Positions 29,915-42,300 of a DNA stretch of 64,000 nt are shown here, in pieces. Where the stretch lies: assembly GCA_046052125.1 (NCBI GenBank), contig JBJOMY010000003.1:160001-224000 (forward strand), read 5' to 3'. The notes below the pieces were generated by a model, which was given only the letters and a program-made list of their open reading frames with translations, did no database searches and had not been told where the DNA came from. How positions within the stretch are numbered: the stretch's first letter is position 1; every line of letters starts with the position of its first letter. This DNA is from Cyanobacteriota bacterium (lineage in GTDB: Bacteria > Cyanobacteriota > Cyanobacteriia > PCC-6307 > Cyanobiaceae). Made by a program: the position numbers and the translations under genes.

Positions 29915-31525
29915 ATGGAACTCACCCTCTGGACCTACGAAGGCCCCCCGCACGTGGGCGCCATGCGCGTTGCCGCCTCGATGGAGGGGGTGCACTACGT
30001 GCTGCATGCCCCCCAGGGCGACACCTACGCCGATCTGCTGTTCACGATGATCGAGCGGCGCGATAAGCGCCCGCCCGTGACCTACACCACCTTCCAGGCC
30101 CGTGATCTGGGCGGAGACACCGCGGAGTTGGTGAAGCGCTCGATCGCTGATGCGGTGCAGCGCTTCAGGCCCGAGGCGCTGCTGGTGGGCGAGAGCTGCA
30201 CCGCCGAGTTGATCCAGGACCAGCCCGGCGCCCTGGCGGCTGGCATGGAGCTGGGCGGCATCCCGATCGTGAATCTGGAGCTCCCCGCCTACTCGAAAAA
30301 AGAGAACTGGGGCGCCGCCGAAACCTTCTACCAACTGGTGCGCGGCCTGCTCAAGCCGCAGCTGCCGCCCCCCGGTAGCCCGAAGCCTGAGGCCAGCCGC
30401 TGGCGCGCCGAGGGACGCCGGCCGCGGCTCAACCTGCTCGGCCCCACCCTGCTGGGCTTCCGCTGCCGCGACGACGTGCGCGAGATCACGCAGTTACTGG
30501 CGAGCTATGGCATCGATGTGGCGGTGGTGGCGCCCCTGGGGGCCCGTCCCGCCGATCTGGAGCGCATCCCTACTGCGGACGCCAACGTGTGCCTTTACCC
30601 GGAGCTGGCGGGCACGCTCTGCAGCTGGCTGGAGCGCCAGTTCGGCATGGCCTGCGTGCGCACGGTGCCGATCGGCATCGGCGCCACGGTGGCCTTCCTG
30701 CGGGAGGTGCATGCCGTGCTCGAGCTCGAGTTGCCGGCGGAGCTGCAGCCCGGGCCCGATGGGATCTGTGAGGCGGAGCGCCGCTCGCGGTTGCCCTGGT
30801 ATTCGCGCTCGGTGGATTCCACCTATCTCACCGGTAAGCGGGTGTTCGTGTTTGGTGATGCCACCCACGCCATCGCCGCTGCCCGCATCGCCAGCCGGGA
30901 GCTGGGCTTCAAGGTGGTGGGCCTGGGGAGCTACAGCCGCGAAATGGCCCGCGATGTGCGTGCCGCCGCTGCGGAGCTGGGCCTGGAGGCCCTGATCAGC
31001 GACGACTACCTCGCCGTGGAGGCTGCCATCGCCGAGGCCGCGCCCGAGCTAGTGCTGGGCACCCAGATGGAGCGCCACAGCGCCAAGCGGCTCGGTATCC
31101 CCTGCGCCGTGATCAGCACGCCGTTGCATGTGCAGGATGTGCCGGCCCGATATGCCCCGCAGATGGGTTTTGAGGGGGCGAACGTGATCTTCGATTCCTG
31201 GGTGCACCCGCTGATGATGGGCTTGGAGGAGCACCTGATCGGCATGTTCCGCCACGACTTCGAATTCGTGGATGGCCACCGCAGCCACCTCGGGGATGGG
31301 GCTCCGGCGGCACCCCCGGCTGAGGCGTCCGCGGTGCCGGCGATGGCTGCGGCTGCTGGTGTTGGCCTGAGTTGGAGCCCTGAGGGTGAGGCGGAGCTGG
31401 CCAAGATCCCGTTTTTCGTGCGGGGCAAGGTGCGCAAAAACACCGAGACCTACGCCCGCGAGCGGGGGCTAGCGGTGATCGACAGCGAAGCGCTGTACGA
31501 GGCCAAGGCTCACTTCAGTCGCTGA
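29915..31525 (+). CDS. chlB: Dark-operative protochlorophyllide reductase subunit B
   Basis: [32 protein letters not shown]-terminal PCP_red domain. Confidence 0.96.
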   Translation: MELTLWTYEGPPHVGAMRVAASMEGVHYVLHAPQGDTYADLLFTMIERRDKRPPVTYTTFQARDLGGDTAELVKRSIADAVQRFRPEALLVGESCTAELIQDQPGALAAGMELGGIPIVNLELPAYSKKENWGAAETFYQLVRGLLKPQLPPPGSPKPEASRWRAEGRRPRLNLLGPTLLGFRCRDDVREITQLLASYGIDVAVVAPLGARPADLERIPTADANVCLYPELAGTLCSWLERQFGMACVRTVPIGIGATVAFLREVHAVLELELPAELQPGPDGICEAERRSRLPWYSRSVDSTYLTGKRVFVFGDATHAIAAARIASRELGFKVVGLGSYSREMARDVRAAAAELGLEALISDDYLAVEAAIAEAAPELVLGTQMERHSAKRLGIPCAVISTPLHVQDVPARYAPQMGFEGANVIFDSWVHPLMMGLEEHLIGMFRHDFEFVDGHRSHLGDGAPAAPPAEASAVPAMAAAAGVGLSWSPEGEAELAKIPFFVRGKVRKNTETYARERGLAVIDSEALYEAKAHFSR

Positions 31526-31598
31526 GCATCACAGACGCCTACAACCTGTGGCGCTCCAGGTGGGGCACTCCACTCTTGGGTAGGACTCAAGCGCCGCC

Positions 31599-33455
31599 AT
31601 GTGCATCGGATGTGAGCTCAGCCAGCAGCTGAGCAGCTGCTTCAGCCAGGCGGTGCTGGCTCGCGCGGGCAGCACCACGAGCCGGCGACGGGTGCTGCAA
31701 GCCGGCGCCCTGATGGCCGCCTCCGCAGTGGCGCCGAGCCTGCTGAAAGCTGAAGCCAAGGCGGTGCCAGCTGATGGCAAGGCTGACTGGCTGTTTGAAG
31801 GCGGCACGATCCTCACGATGGAGGTCGACATACCCCGCGCCGAAGCGGTGGCGGTGCGCGGCAACACGATTGTGTACGTGGGTGATCGCCGCGGCGCCCA
31901 GCGCTGGCTGGGTGCCAACACGCAGCGGGTGGATCTCAAAGGGCGGATCTTGCTGCCGGGGCTGATTGATAGCCACGTGCATCCGCTCTTGGGTGGATTG
32001 CTGCGCAGTGGTCTCACCCTGAAGATCGAATCGAGGAAGCGTGAGCTGTTTGAAACGATCGAGGCTTATGTGAAAGCCAATCCCGCTACGGGTGTGTTCT
32101 TCGGCCAAGGATGGGATCCCACTGTGTTCACCGATGACGGTGGTCCGCATCGGCGCGATCTCGATGCGATCAATGCGGATCGGCCGATGTTTTTCTTCTC
32201 AGCCGACGGCCACTCTGGCTGGGCCAACAGCAAGGCGCTGGAACTGGCTGGCATTACCGCCGCAACACCTGATCCCCCCGTTGGGGGCTATACCCGCGAT
32301 GCCGACGGCACCCCGACGGGTTTGATCCGCGAGGTGCCGGCGATGTTGCCGGTGATCAATGCGCTGAATCTGTTGAAGCCTGAGATTTATGGCCCTTCGC
32401 TCAAGCGCCTGCTGGATCAGTTTGCGGCGATGGGCTTCACCAGTGTGTTTGATGCGGCGATGCCCTTCGGGCAGGAGGCGATCTATACGGCGGTGGAGCA
32501 GTTGGATCAGCGCGGTGAGTTGCCGGTGCGCCTACATGCCACACAAACTGTGAGTTTTGAAGGCGATGTGAAGGATGCGGTGACGCTTCTTAGCCGGTTT
32601 CATCAGCAATACGCCAGCACCCACTTCCGGGTCAACACCTTGAAGATCGTTGGGGATGGTGTGATTGAAAATCGCCAGGCTGCACTGCTTGAGCCGTATC
32701 TCGAGCCTGCTGGTAGCCGCGGCAGCCTGGCGATCTCTACATCATCGGCCGTGACGTTGCTCAAGCAATGCCATAAAGCCGGCTTTGATGTGCACTATCA
32801 CACCATCGGTGATGCGTCGCTGCGCCAGATCCTGGATGCCCTCACCACGGCGCGTCAGCAGGGCGTGGCTCCCAAGGTGACCCTGGCCCATGTGCAACTG
32901 GCTGATGATGCGGATCAGGCGCGATTGGCACGGCTCAAACCGTTGATTAGCAGCACCGGCATTTGGTGCATTCGCTTCCAGGCAACGGAGCAGGCCATTG
33001 GCAGCGATCGCTACAACAAGATGTTCCGTTTCGGACGCCTGCAGCGCGATCACGGCCTGAATGTGGCTCTCGGCAGCGATTGGCCCGCGACCTATGCCAG
33101 TGGCACGCTCGGGATCGAGCCGTTGCTGAATGTGCAGGCGGCGATTCTCCGCCAGCCCCCGCCGCCGCTGCTGGCGGCGATGAAGGATGCTCTCGGGCCT
33201 GGTGCCAGTGAGCCTCTGCCCCCGATGGAGGATGCCTTCACTCTGGATGGCGCCCTGGAGGCTTACACCCTCGCCGGTGCCCGCCAGCTGGGGATTGACG
33301 GCATTACCGGTTCGATCAAGGAGGGCAAGCGTGCCGATCTGTGCGTGTTTGATCAAGACATCACAGTGCTTCCCACGGATCGCCTTTACAGCGCCCGCTG
33401 TCTGCTCACGCTGATGGACGGCGTAGCCCGCCATGATGCACGAACCGCGGCTTAA
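31599..33455 (+). CDS. Tat-exported amidohydrolase (YtcJ-like, Amidohydro_3)
   Basis: SRRRVL Tat motif; PGLIDSHVH, LKIVGDG, HTIGD, GSDWP, GKRAD. Confidence 0.85.
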   Translation: MCIGCELSQQLSSCFSQAVLARAGSTTSRRRVLQAGALMAASAVAPSLLKAEAKAVPADGKADWLFEGGTILTMEVDIPRAEAVAVRGNTIVYVGDRRGAQRWLGANTQRVDLKGRILLPGLIDSHVHPLLGGLLRSGLTLKIESRKRELFETIEAYVKANPATGVFFGQGWDPTVFTDDGGPHRRDLDAINADRPMFFFSADGHSGWANSKALELAGITAATPDPPVGGYTRDADGTPTGLIREVPAMLPVINALNLLKPEIYGPSLKRLLDQFAAMGFTSVFDAAMPFGQEAIYTAVEQLDQRGELPVRLHATQTVSFEGDVKDAVTLLSRFHQQYASTHFRVNTLKIVGDGVIENRQAALLEPYLEPAGSRGSLAISTSSAVTLLKQCHKAGFDVHYHTIGDASLRQILDALTTARQQGVAPKVTLAHVQLADDADQARLARLKPLISSTGIWCIRFQATEQAIGSDRYNKMFRFGRLQRDHGLNVALGSDWPATYASGTLGIEPLLNVQAAILRQPPPPLLAAMKDALGPGASEPLPPMEDAFTLDGALEAYTLAGARQLGIDGITGSIKEGKRADLCVFDQDITVLPTDRLYSARCLLTLMDGVARHDARTAA

Positions 33456-33597
33456 ATGGTTGCAGGCTGGGTATTTATACCCACTGATTTGCCCCAGCTT
33501 GTGAATCGCTTGCGTGTGGGGATGCGCACAGCCTGGGCAGCGATGTTTCGCTTTGCACGAACAGCTGTTGCGATTCACCTATGCAGGGGTTGGATGA

Positions 33598-34503
<906 letters not shown>

Positions 34504-34527
34504 GCTCTTTGGCTGAGCGCCTCTGCC

Positions 34528-35217
34528 TCAGCCCCGGTTGCGCACCGGGTTGCTGAGGCAGCCCGCGCCGCTGATCTCCACCTCCACCACATCGCCATCG
34601 CGCAGGAAGCGGGGTGGCTTGCGGCCGGCGCCCACACCTGCCGGCGTGCCCGTGAGGATCACGCTCCCGGCCAGCAGGGTGGTGCCCTGGCTGAGCTCGC
34701 TGATCAAGCGCGCCACCGAGAAGATCATCGTGCTGGTGCTCGCCTGCTGCACCACGTCGCCATTGAGGCGGGTGGTGAGCAGCAGATCCTGCAGATCGGC
34801 GATGGCGCTGATCGGTGTGGGCTCCCCGAGGGGGCAGAAGGTATCGAAGCTCTTGCCGCGGCACCACTGGCCGCCGCTGCCATGCCATTGCCACCAGCGC
34901 TGGCTCACATCGTTGGCGCAGGCCACCGCCGCGATCACCTCGTGGGCCTCGGCTTCGGGCACATCGCGTGCATCGCAGCCCAGGATCACCGCTAGCTCGC
35001 CCTCGTAATCCACGCCGATCGGAGGGTCGCGGTCGTCGGTGTGCACCACAGGCGGCAGTTCGATCGCCTCGCCAGAGCCGATCACGCTGGCCGGGTTTTT
35101 CATGAACAGGACCGGCCGCTCCGGCAGCTTCAGGGCTCCCGGCTCGGCTAATTCAGCGGCGTGATCGGCGTAGTTCTTGCCGATGCAGAGGATCGAGGGC
35201 GGCCGGGCCGGCGCCAT
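34528..35217 (-). CDS. Fumarylacetoacetate hydrolase family protein
   Basis: CIGKNYADH, DYEGELAV, ANDVS, KSFDTFCPLG, LTGTPAGVG. Confidence 0.9.
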   Translation of the reverse strand: MAPARPPSILCIGKNYADHAAELAEPGALKLPERPVLFMKNPASVIGSGEAIELPPVVHTDDRDPPIGVDYEGELAVILGCDARDVPEAEAHEVIAAVACANDVSQRWWQWHGSGGQWCRGKSFDTFCPLGEPTPISAIADLQDLLLTTRLNGDVVQQASTSTMIFSVARLISELSQGTTLLAGSVILTGTPAGVGAGRKPPRFLRDGDVVEVEISGAGCLSNPVRNRG

Positions 35218-35218
35218 C

Positions 35219-36241
<1,023 letters not shown>

Positions 36242-36763
36242 CTATCGAGTGGCCTGCGGCTTCACGCTGCTGGTGTTGGGCTGCTCAACAGTTGGAAACG
36301 GGGAGGAGGCATCCGAGGCCGCCTGCGTGGTCGCCGATTTCCAGATCACACGCATGCGGTTGGGGGCGATCCACTGGTCCTGCTCCTGGATCAGCCGCTG
36401 CTCACCGCCGGTGGTGAACAGGTTGTCGAAGCGCTGCTGGGCCTTGTTGAGCTTGGCCTGCTGGATGTTGAGCACGGCCGTGATCTCGCCGTAGCGATCG
36501 AGCCGTTCGCGGTAGGCGCTTCCCAGGCGCACCAGGCTCACCACAGCCACCAGGGCCAATCCCACCTTCAGGGTGAGGCCAATGCCGCTGCAGATCAGTT
36601 CCTGGCCAGGCGTGGAGGCACGCAGGGCAGCTGTCGCTTTGGGCGCGTCGACGCTGCTTAGCTGCTGCGCCGTGGTCCGAGCTGGGCGCGGACTGGAGCT
36701 TCTTGAGCGTTCACCCCGTGGCGCGGATCGCCGCTGCGATGGCTGGGCGGTACGGGGGCTCAA
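36242..36763 (-). CDS. Conserved hypothetical protein (TM helix plus coiled coil)
   Basis: LKVGLALVAVVSL TM, QEQDQWIAPNR; between psaM and por; start uncertain. Confidence 0.65.
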   Translation of the reverse strand: MSPRTAQPSQRRSAPRGERSRSSSPRPARTTAQQLSSVDAPKATAALRASTPGQELICSGIGLTLKVGLALVAVVSLVRLGSAYRERLDRYGEITAVLNIQQAKLNKAQQRFDNLFTTGGEQRLIQEQDQWIAPNRMRVIWKSATTQAASDASSPFPTVEQPNTSSVKPQATR

Positions 36764-36776
36764 GGTGTTGAGGGGA

Positions 36777-36811
36777 GCGCTTGTGGCCCGCTTTTAGCAG
36801 GCCACAAGCGC
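36777..36811 (-). terminator. Stem-loop 3' of psaM
   Basis: GCGCTTGTGGCC...GGCCACAAGCGC, 12-bp perfect stem; no clear U-tract. Confidence 0.55.
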
Positions 36812-36823
36812 ACTGCCAAGAGA

Positions 36824-36925
36824 TCAGGCGCGGTAGAGGCTCGCGGCCAGACGGACGGCGAGCACGCCAGCGTGGGCAGCCACCACCAGGGCAATCAGCA
36901 CTTCGGCCTGGGTGAGGGACGTCAT
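36824..36925 (-). CDS. psaM: Photosystem I reaction centre subunit XII
   Basis: MTSLTQAEVLIALVVAAHAGVLAVRLAASLYRA* (manual translation; not in the ORF track). Confidence 0.92.
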   Translation of the reverse strand: MTSLTQAEVLIALVVAAHAGVLAVRLAASLYRA

Positions 36926-36975
36926 GGCCTGATTCAACGCAGAAATCCCACCCATTCTTCCCCAGTTCCGCGGCC

Positions 36976-37542
36976 TTGCCAGGCCGAAGCCCCTGCCCTG
37001 TCACAGCTCGATACCCCTTTTCTGCAGCCGCTGGCTACGGTCAACGCCGATTGCCGGCTGCTCCGTTGCCCTCTGCAGAACCCGTGTTGATTCAGCAGCA
37101 GCAGGTGCTCGCCCGCAGCCTTGAGCCGCTCGCTCCGTTGTTTTCGCTCGAGCCAGAGGCGTTGCTGCAGCAGAGCGGCCAACTGGAGCTGGCCTTCGAT
37201 TGGCCGCGCGACAACGACGATCCGCGCGAGCTCTCCGAGATTCCTGAGCTGCGTCTCTGGAGCCTGCGCGCCGATGCGCTCTGCCCCTGGCTGCCGTTGT
37301 TGCTGGAGCGCAGCAATGGTCAGCTCACCCGCCATGTGGCGATGCTGATCCCCCATAGCTTCAGCCGCAGCGAGGGGATCCGCTTCGCCCCCGACAGCCT
37401 GGAGCTGTGGATGACGCACCGGCTGTTTCTGTTGGATCACTGGTCGCGCGGACACGGCCTCAACTGCCGCGGCAACCTGGAGCAGATGGCGGCGGTGCTC
37501 GGTTTCGAGCTCGATGGCAGCTTCTGGCAGGGGCTCAGCTGA
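36976..37542 (+). CDS. CRR6 family NdhI maturation factor (DUF1817)
   Basis: DDPRELSEIPELRLW, PWLPLLL, AMLIPH; true start probably downstream. Confidence 0.8.
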   Translation: MPGRSPCPVTARYPFSAAAGYGQRRLPAAPLPSAEPVLIQQQQVLARSLEPLAPLFSLEPEALLQQSGQLELAFDWPRDNDDPRELSEIPELRLWSLRADALCPWLPLLLERSNGQLTRHVAMLIPHSFSRSEGIRFAPDSLELWMTHRLFLLDHWSRGHGLNCRGNLEQMAAVLGFELDGSFWQGLS

Positions 37543-38296
37543 GGGCCAGCTGCACAGCTCGCCTGCCCGCATCCAGCGCCAGCACCACACACAGCACTCG
37601 CAGCAGCCACACCAGCCGCGATTCGCTCACCGATTGCAGCCGAGACGCCGACCATTGCGCGGCCACAGCGGCCGTTGCCCCCAGCAGCAGGCCCATGCCC
37701 GGGTGGCCGCGCCCATCGCTCCAAAAGGTGAGTGACGCTGCTGCGGCAGAGGCACAGACCGCGATCGTGCTCAGCCGGATCGCCTGATACACCCGAATTC
37801 CCAGGCCCTGCACCATCAGCGGCACCATCACCAGGCCGCCGCCCACCCCCAACAGTCCGCTCGACCAGCCCGCCACCAGCCCCACGCCGGAGAGCCCCAG
37901 CAGCGGCAGTGGTGGGGCGTCAGCTTCGTTCTGGTCGCTGCGGCGGGGAGAGATCACGCCGGCCAGCACGCCGTACATGGCGGCCTGCAGGGTGAGCAGG
38001 TGCCATCCCTGTAGGACGTTGCCGGCATGGCTGAACACCAGTGACCCTGTGATCGCCCCGGCGGCGATGGCCAGCACCGCCTGCTTGGGCACCAGACCGC
38101 TGCGTAGGTGGGTCCAGCTGCCGGCCAGGGTGGTGGGCAGGATCGCCAGGGTGCTGGTGGCCAGGGCCTGATGGGGTGAGAGTCCCAGGGCCAGCAGCAG
38201 CGGCGAGAAGATCAGGCCGCCGCCGATGCCCAGCAGGCCGGAGAGCAGCCCCGCCAGGATGCCCAGGGGCAGCAGTGGCAGCAGGTCCCAAATCAT
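37535..38296 (-). CDS. Sulfite exporter TauE/SafE family protein
   Basis: Duplicated SGLLG(I/V)GGG motifs. Confidence 0.85.
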   Translation of the reverse strand: MIWDLLPLLPLGILAGLLSGLLGIGGGLIFSPLLLALGLSPHQALATSTLAILPTTLAGSWTHLRSGLVPKQAVLAIAAGAITGSLVFSHAGNVLQGWHLLTLQAAMYGVLAGVISPRRSDQNEADAPPLPLLGLSGVGLVAGWSSGLLGVGGGLVMVPLMVQGLGIRVYQAIRLSTIAVCASAAAASLTFWSDGRGHPGMGLLLGATAAVAAQWSASRLQSVSESRLVWLLRVLCVVLALDAGRRAVQLALS

Positions 38297-38338
38297 CGAG
38301 CGGCCACGGCCATCGTCTCCAGCATCCCTGACGCCCCT

Positions 38339-39073
38339 GTGAGCAGCTCACCCCCCTGGCGCTGGATTCCGCCGATCACGGCGCCGGCAGCCACCCAGAT
38401 GGCGATCGATCGCTGGATGGTGCAGCAGCAACTGGCGGGCGCCCCGCCGATCCTGCGCCTGTATCGCTGGAGTGCGCCGGCGCTGTCGTTGGGGCGGCAT
38501 CAGCAGCGCTGGCCAGACCATTGGCGCCGCTTGCAAGCAGAGGGTCGCCTCGATCTGGTGCGGCGCCCCAGCGGCGGGCGGGCGGTTCTGCATGCCGGCG
38601 AGCTCACCTATGCCCTGGCGATGCGGCCGGTCCAGCGGCAGCGCGAGGCCGTGTATCGCCATTGCTGCCTCTGGTTGCAACAGGCGTTTGCGGCCGCTGG
38701 CGAGCCGCTGGTGTTTGGCGAGGCCGCTGCCGCGGCGGCGGCGCAGCGCAGCAGCTGTTTTGCCACCGCCACGCCAGCCGATCTGATCGGCTTGGATGGC
38801 AGCAAGCGCATCGGCAGCGCTCAGCTCTGGCAGGGGCCAGCTCTGCTGCAGCACGGCAGTGTGCTGCTCGATCCACCGCTGGATCTGTGGCGGGAGCTGT
38901 TCGGGGCTGATCCCCCGGCCCTGCCGCCTTTGGCCTGGCAAGGGGATGAGCTGCATCAGCCGCTGCGGGCCGCTGCGCAGCACCACCTGTGCGGCGGGAC
39001 TTTGCTCGATCAGCCCCTCAGCGCAGCTGAGTGGGAGGCCGTGCGGGAGCTCGAGCCCCTCGGTGCCCTCTGA
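38339..39073 (+). CDS. Lipoate-protein ligase family protein
   Basis: RRPSGGRAVLH, KRIGSAQ, LQHGS. Confidence 0.85.
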   Translation: MSSSPPWRWIPPITAPAATQMAIDRWMVQQQLAGAPPILRLYRWSAPALSLGRHQQRWPDHWRRLQAEGRLDLVRRPSGGRAVLHAGELTYALAMRPVQRQREAVYRHCCLWLQQAFAAAGEPLVFGEAAAAAAAQRSSCFATATPADLIGLDGSKRIGSAQLWQGPALLQHGSVLLDPPLDLWRELFGADPPALPPLAWQGDELHQPLRAAAQHHLCGGTLLDQPLSAAEWEAVRELEPLGAL

Positions 39074-39079
39074 GCGCGC

Positions 39080-40306
39080 TCAGGCTTCGCCGCTGGATTC
39101 AATCGCCCGGGCCACCGGTGCCAGGCCCATGCCCAGCGGGTACACGCCTTGCTTGCGGGCCGCATCGAGGATCGCCTTGGGCAAATGCACCCCCAGCTTC
39201 TCCAGCACCCGCTCCGCCAGCTCGGGGCGCTCCAGCGTGCCGCTGGGCAGCCCGGCTGGACCGAGCACCAGCAGCCGTTGAGTGTCTGGTTGATCCAGGC
39301 GCAGCACCGCCTGCCACAGGGGGGCATCGGCGTTGATCTGCGGCAACTGATCGAGCGGTTGCAGGTGATCGCCTACCCGCTCCTCCTCCCAGCGCTGCAC
39401 GGGCAGCTGCTGCAGCGGCGCATCGGTGATGAAGCCCAGCCAGCGGCCCTGGCGGGTCACCAGCAGCCAGTCGGCCAGGCCTTCGCCATCGCTAAGGCGC
39501 AGGCGGCTGAGCTGTTTGAGGCTGGCGTCGGCCTCCAGCACCCGAAAGCGGCGCTGGGCTGCATCCTTCACCTTCAGCTGCCGCAGCACCGATTGCAGCG
39601 CCAGCAGCTGGGTTTGGTTGCGGGCGGCCCCCAGACCGAACCAGCCCAGCAGCATCAGCCACAGGCCCCCCACGCTGGCACCGCGCAGCAGCAGCACCAC
39701 GCCCAGGCCAATCGCCAGCAGCGAGAGAAAGCGGCCGGTGGCTGTGGCCACCTGGATGCCTTTGCGCTGGCTGCCGCTCCACTGCCACACCAGTGCTTTG
39801 AGGATCAGGCCACCATCGAGGGGCAGGCCCGGCAGCAGATTGAACAGGGCCAGGATCAAGTTGAGGCCGCCCAGCTCGTTCACCATCGCCCCGAGCAGTG
39901 GCGAGGCATGGGACACGCTGTGGCCGCTCGCCAGCAGCAGCGCCGCCAGCACCAGGCTCACCAGCGGTCCGGCGGCCGCCACCATCAGCGAGCCCATGGC
40001 GGTGGGGCACTCGCGCTCCACGCTCGCCACCCCACCCAGCAAAAACAGGGTGATGCTGCGCACCTGAACGCCCTGCTGGATCGCCACCAGCGAGTGCCCC
40101 AGCTCGTGCAGCAACACCGACACAAACAGCAGCAGCGCCGTGAGCAGGCCCAAGCCCCAGAGCTCAATGCCGGAGCCGCTGCTGCTGAGCTGTTGGCTGT
40201 ATTGCTGCTGGAAGGCCACGGTGGCCAGCCCCAGGATCACGAACCAGCTCGGATGGATCCGCAGGGGAATGCCGCGGATCTTCAGCAGCTGCCAGCCCTC
40301 GCCCAC
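39080..40306 (-). CDS. Site-2 protease (M50) with CBS-like domain
   Basis: HELGH, AGP, FNLLPGLPLDGG. Confidence 0.9.
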   Translation of the reverse strand: MGEGWQLLKIRGIPLRIHPSWFVILGLATVAFQQQYSQQLSSSGSGIELWGLGLLTALLLFVSVLLHELGHSLVAIQQGVQVRSITLFLLGGVASVERECPTAMGSLMVAAAGPLVSLVLAALLLASGHSVSHASPLLGAMVNELGGLNLILALFNLLPGLPLDGGLILKALVWQWSGSQRKGIQVATATGRFLSLLAIGLGVVLLLRGASVGGLWLMLLGWFGLGAARNQTQLLALQSVLRQLKVKDAAQRRFRVLEADASLKQLSRLRLSDGEGLADWLLVTRQGRWLGFITDAPLQQLPVQRWEEERVGDHLQPLDQLPQINADAPLWQAVLRLDQPDTQRLLVLGPAGLPSGTLERPELAERVLEKLGVHLPKAILDAARKQGVYPLGMGLAPVARAIESSGEA

Positions 40307-40362
40307 ACGGTGATTCCCAATGGCTCGATCCTAGAAAGGCTCTGCTGCTGCGGCCGTTTGGG

Positions 40363-41031
40363 ATGTTGCTGAAGGTCTGCGGGTTGCGCCAGCCGGATCA
40401 GGCGGCAGCGGTGGCGGCTCTGGGGGCCGATGCCATCGGTGTGATCGGCGTGCAGCAGTCGCCCCGCTGGCTTGAGCCTGCACAGCGGCCGGCCCTGTTC
40501 GAGGCGATCCATCGCGCTCGCCCGGATTGCCTGGGCGTGCTGGTGGTGGCCGACCCTGCCGATGCCGAGCTGGAGCAGCTCAAGCCAGCGGCCGGCCATC
40601 AGGTGCTGCAGCTCCACGGGGGCGAAACGCCAAAGCGCTGCCAGGCGCTGCGCGCTGCTCTTGGGCCCGATCTGATCCTTTGGAAGGCGCTGCGCATCCG
40701 CGCTCAGGCGGATCTGGAGCAGGCCGAGGCCTATGCCGCCGTGGTGGATGCGCTGCTGCTGGATGCCTGGGTTCCGGATCAGCTCGGCGGCACGGGCCAT
40801 CGCATCCCGATCGAGTGGCTGGAGGGGTTTCAGCCGCGGCTGCCCTGGTGGCTGGCGGGCGGGATCACCCCCGAGCGGCTTCCCCAGGCGCTGCAGGCCC
40901 TGGCCGCAACGCCACCGGTGGGTGTGGATGCCTCCAGTGGTGTGGAGCGTGCCCCCGGCGATAAGGATCTGGCTCGGGTGGAGCAGCTCGTGGCTGCCGT
41001 GGCCGCCTTCCGCCAGGATCGCTCCAGCTGA
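40363..41031 (+). CDS. trpF: Phosphoribosylanthranilate isomerase
   Basis: KVCGL, QLHGGE, LLDA, GGTG, LAGGI, VDASSGVE. Confidence 0.93.
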   Translation: MLLKVCGLRQPDQAAAVAALGADAIGVIGVQQSPRWLEPAQRPALFEAIHRARPDCLGVLVVADPADAELEQLKPAAGHQVLQLHGGETPKRCQALRAALGPDLILWKALRIRAQADLEQAEAYAAVVDALLLDAWVPDQLGGTGHRIPIEWLEGFQPRLPWWLAGGITPERLPQALQALAATPPVGVDASSGVERAPGDKDLARVEQLVAAVAAFRQDRSS

Positions 41032-41040
41032 TCGCCCTTG

Positions 41041-41544
41041 ATGTTTTCGATCTTCCGCGGCCTGCTGGCGGCGGCGGCCGTTTCGGCCGCGATCCCAGCC
41101 ACGCCACTGCTGGCCCAAGACCTGGTGGGCTGCCAGCTGGTGGGCGCCACCCTCCAGTGCGTGCCAGGGGTGGATGAGAGCCCCCAGCTGCAGATTCAGC
41201 AGCTGCAGCAGCAACTCTCCACCGACATTCAGCTGGAGGGGGTGGTGCAGCAGCGCATCGATGGCCTCCAGCAGCTGGTGCTCCAAGGCGAGGCCGGCGT
41301 GGGTGAAGCGCTCACGGCTGCGGCGATCGCCGATGCCCAGGCCGCTCTACCGACAGCCAACTACCACTGGTATCGGATCAAGCCCGGCCAGCGCAGCTGG
41401 GTGCTGATCGAAGGAGCCAATGGCACTACCTATGTGCCTGCGCCGGTGGACATCGGCCAGAACATCATGGTGGTGGCGGTGGTGAACCAAAACGGGCAAG
41501 TGAGGCGCGTGGCCTCACAACCCGTGGGTCCGGTTCAACCCTGA
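41041..41544 (+). CDS. Hypothetical secreted protein
   Basis: Signal peptide; Ig-like C-terminus (YHWYR...GANGTTY...DIG). Confidence 0.65.
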   Translation: MFSIFRGLLAAAAVSAAIPATPLLAQDLVGCQLVGATLQCVPGVDESPQLQIQQLQQQLSTDIQLEGVVQQRIDGLQQLVLQGEAGVGEALTAAAIADAQAALPTANYHWYRIKPGQRSWVLIEGANGTTYVPAPVDIGQNIMVVAVVNQNGQVRRVASQPVGPVQP

Positions 41545-41558
41545 GAAACGCGTGGAAC

Positions 41559-42281
41559 TCAGTGGAGCAGCAGGGATTCCTGTTGCTTCACCAGTTCGAA
41601 GAATTCAGCCTTGAGGCTTGGGTCGTGGCGGAAATCGCCGCGAACCACGGAATTCACCATGCTGGTTTGGGGCTCTTTCACACCGCGCCACTTCATGCAG
41701 TAGTGCTGAGCCTTCACCAGAATCGCCAGACCCTGGGGCTCACAGAGGCGCTCAATTTCATCGGCCAGGATCATCACGGCCTCTTCCTGGATGTGCGGCC
41801 GGGAGAACACCCAATCCGCCACGCGGGAGAACTTCGAGAGGCCGATCACGCGCTCACCGGGCTTGATACCGATCCAGCAATTACCAAGGATCGGCACCAG
41901 GTGGTGGGAGCAAGCTGAACGCACCGTGATGGGTCCCACGGTGTAGATCTCATCCAGCTGTTTAACGTTCGGGAAGCTGGCGATTTTGGGCTGGTGGTGA
42001 TAGCGGCCCTTGAACACCTCGTGCAGATACATGCGCGCGACGCGCTCTGCTGTTTCTTCGGTGTTGTGGTCGTTGTCGATATCGATCACGAGGCTGCGCA
42101 GCAGTTCGCGCACCTTGCCGGCCACCTCAATTTCCAGCTGCTCGAGCTCACCCTCTTGGAGATGCTCGGAAATGTTGTCGTTGGCGAGATAGGCCACGCC
42201 AGCCGCATCAAGACGATCGCGAATGCGCCGGCTCACGGGAGCCAGTTGGCCGGAAACGCTTGAAGGAAGGGTAGATGTCAT
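41559..42281 (-). CDS. folE: GTP cyclohydrolase I
   Basis: SACSHH, IGLSKF, IQEE, HYCMKWRGV. Confidence 0.93.
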   Translation of the reverse strand: MTSTLPSSVSGQLAPVSRRIRDRLDAAGVAYLANDNISEHLQEGELEQLEIEVAGKVRELLRSLVIDIDNDHNTEETAERVARMYLHEVFKGRYHHQPKIASFPNVKQLDEIYTVGPITVRSACSHHLVPILGNCWIGIKPGERVIGLSKFSRVADWVFSRPHIQEEAVMILADEIERLCEPQGLAILVKAQHYCMKWRGVKEPQTSMVNSVVRGDFRHDPSLKAEFFELVKQQESLLLH

Positions 42282-42300
42282 GGATAAGTCCCCGCGGCGA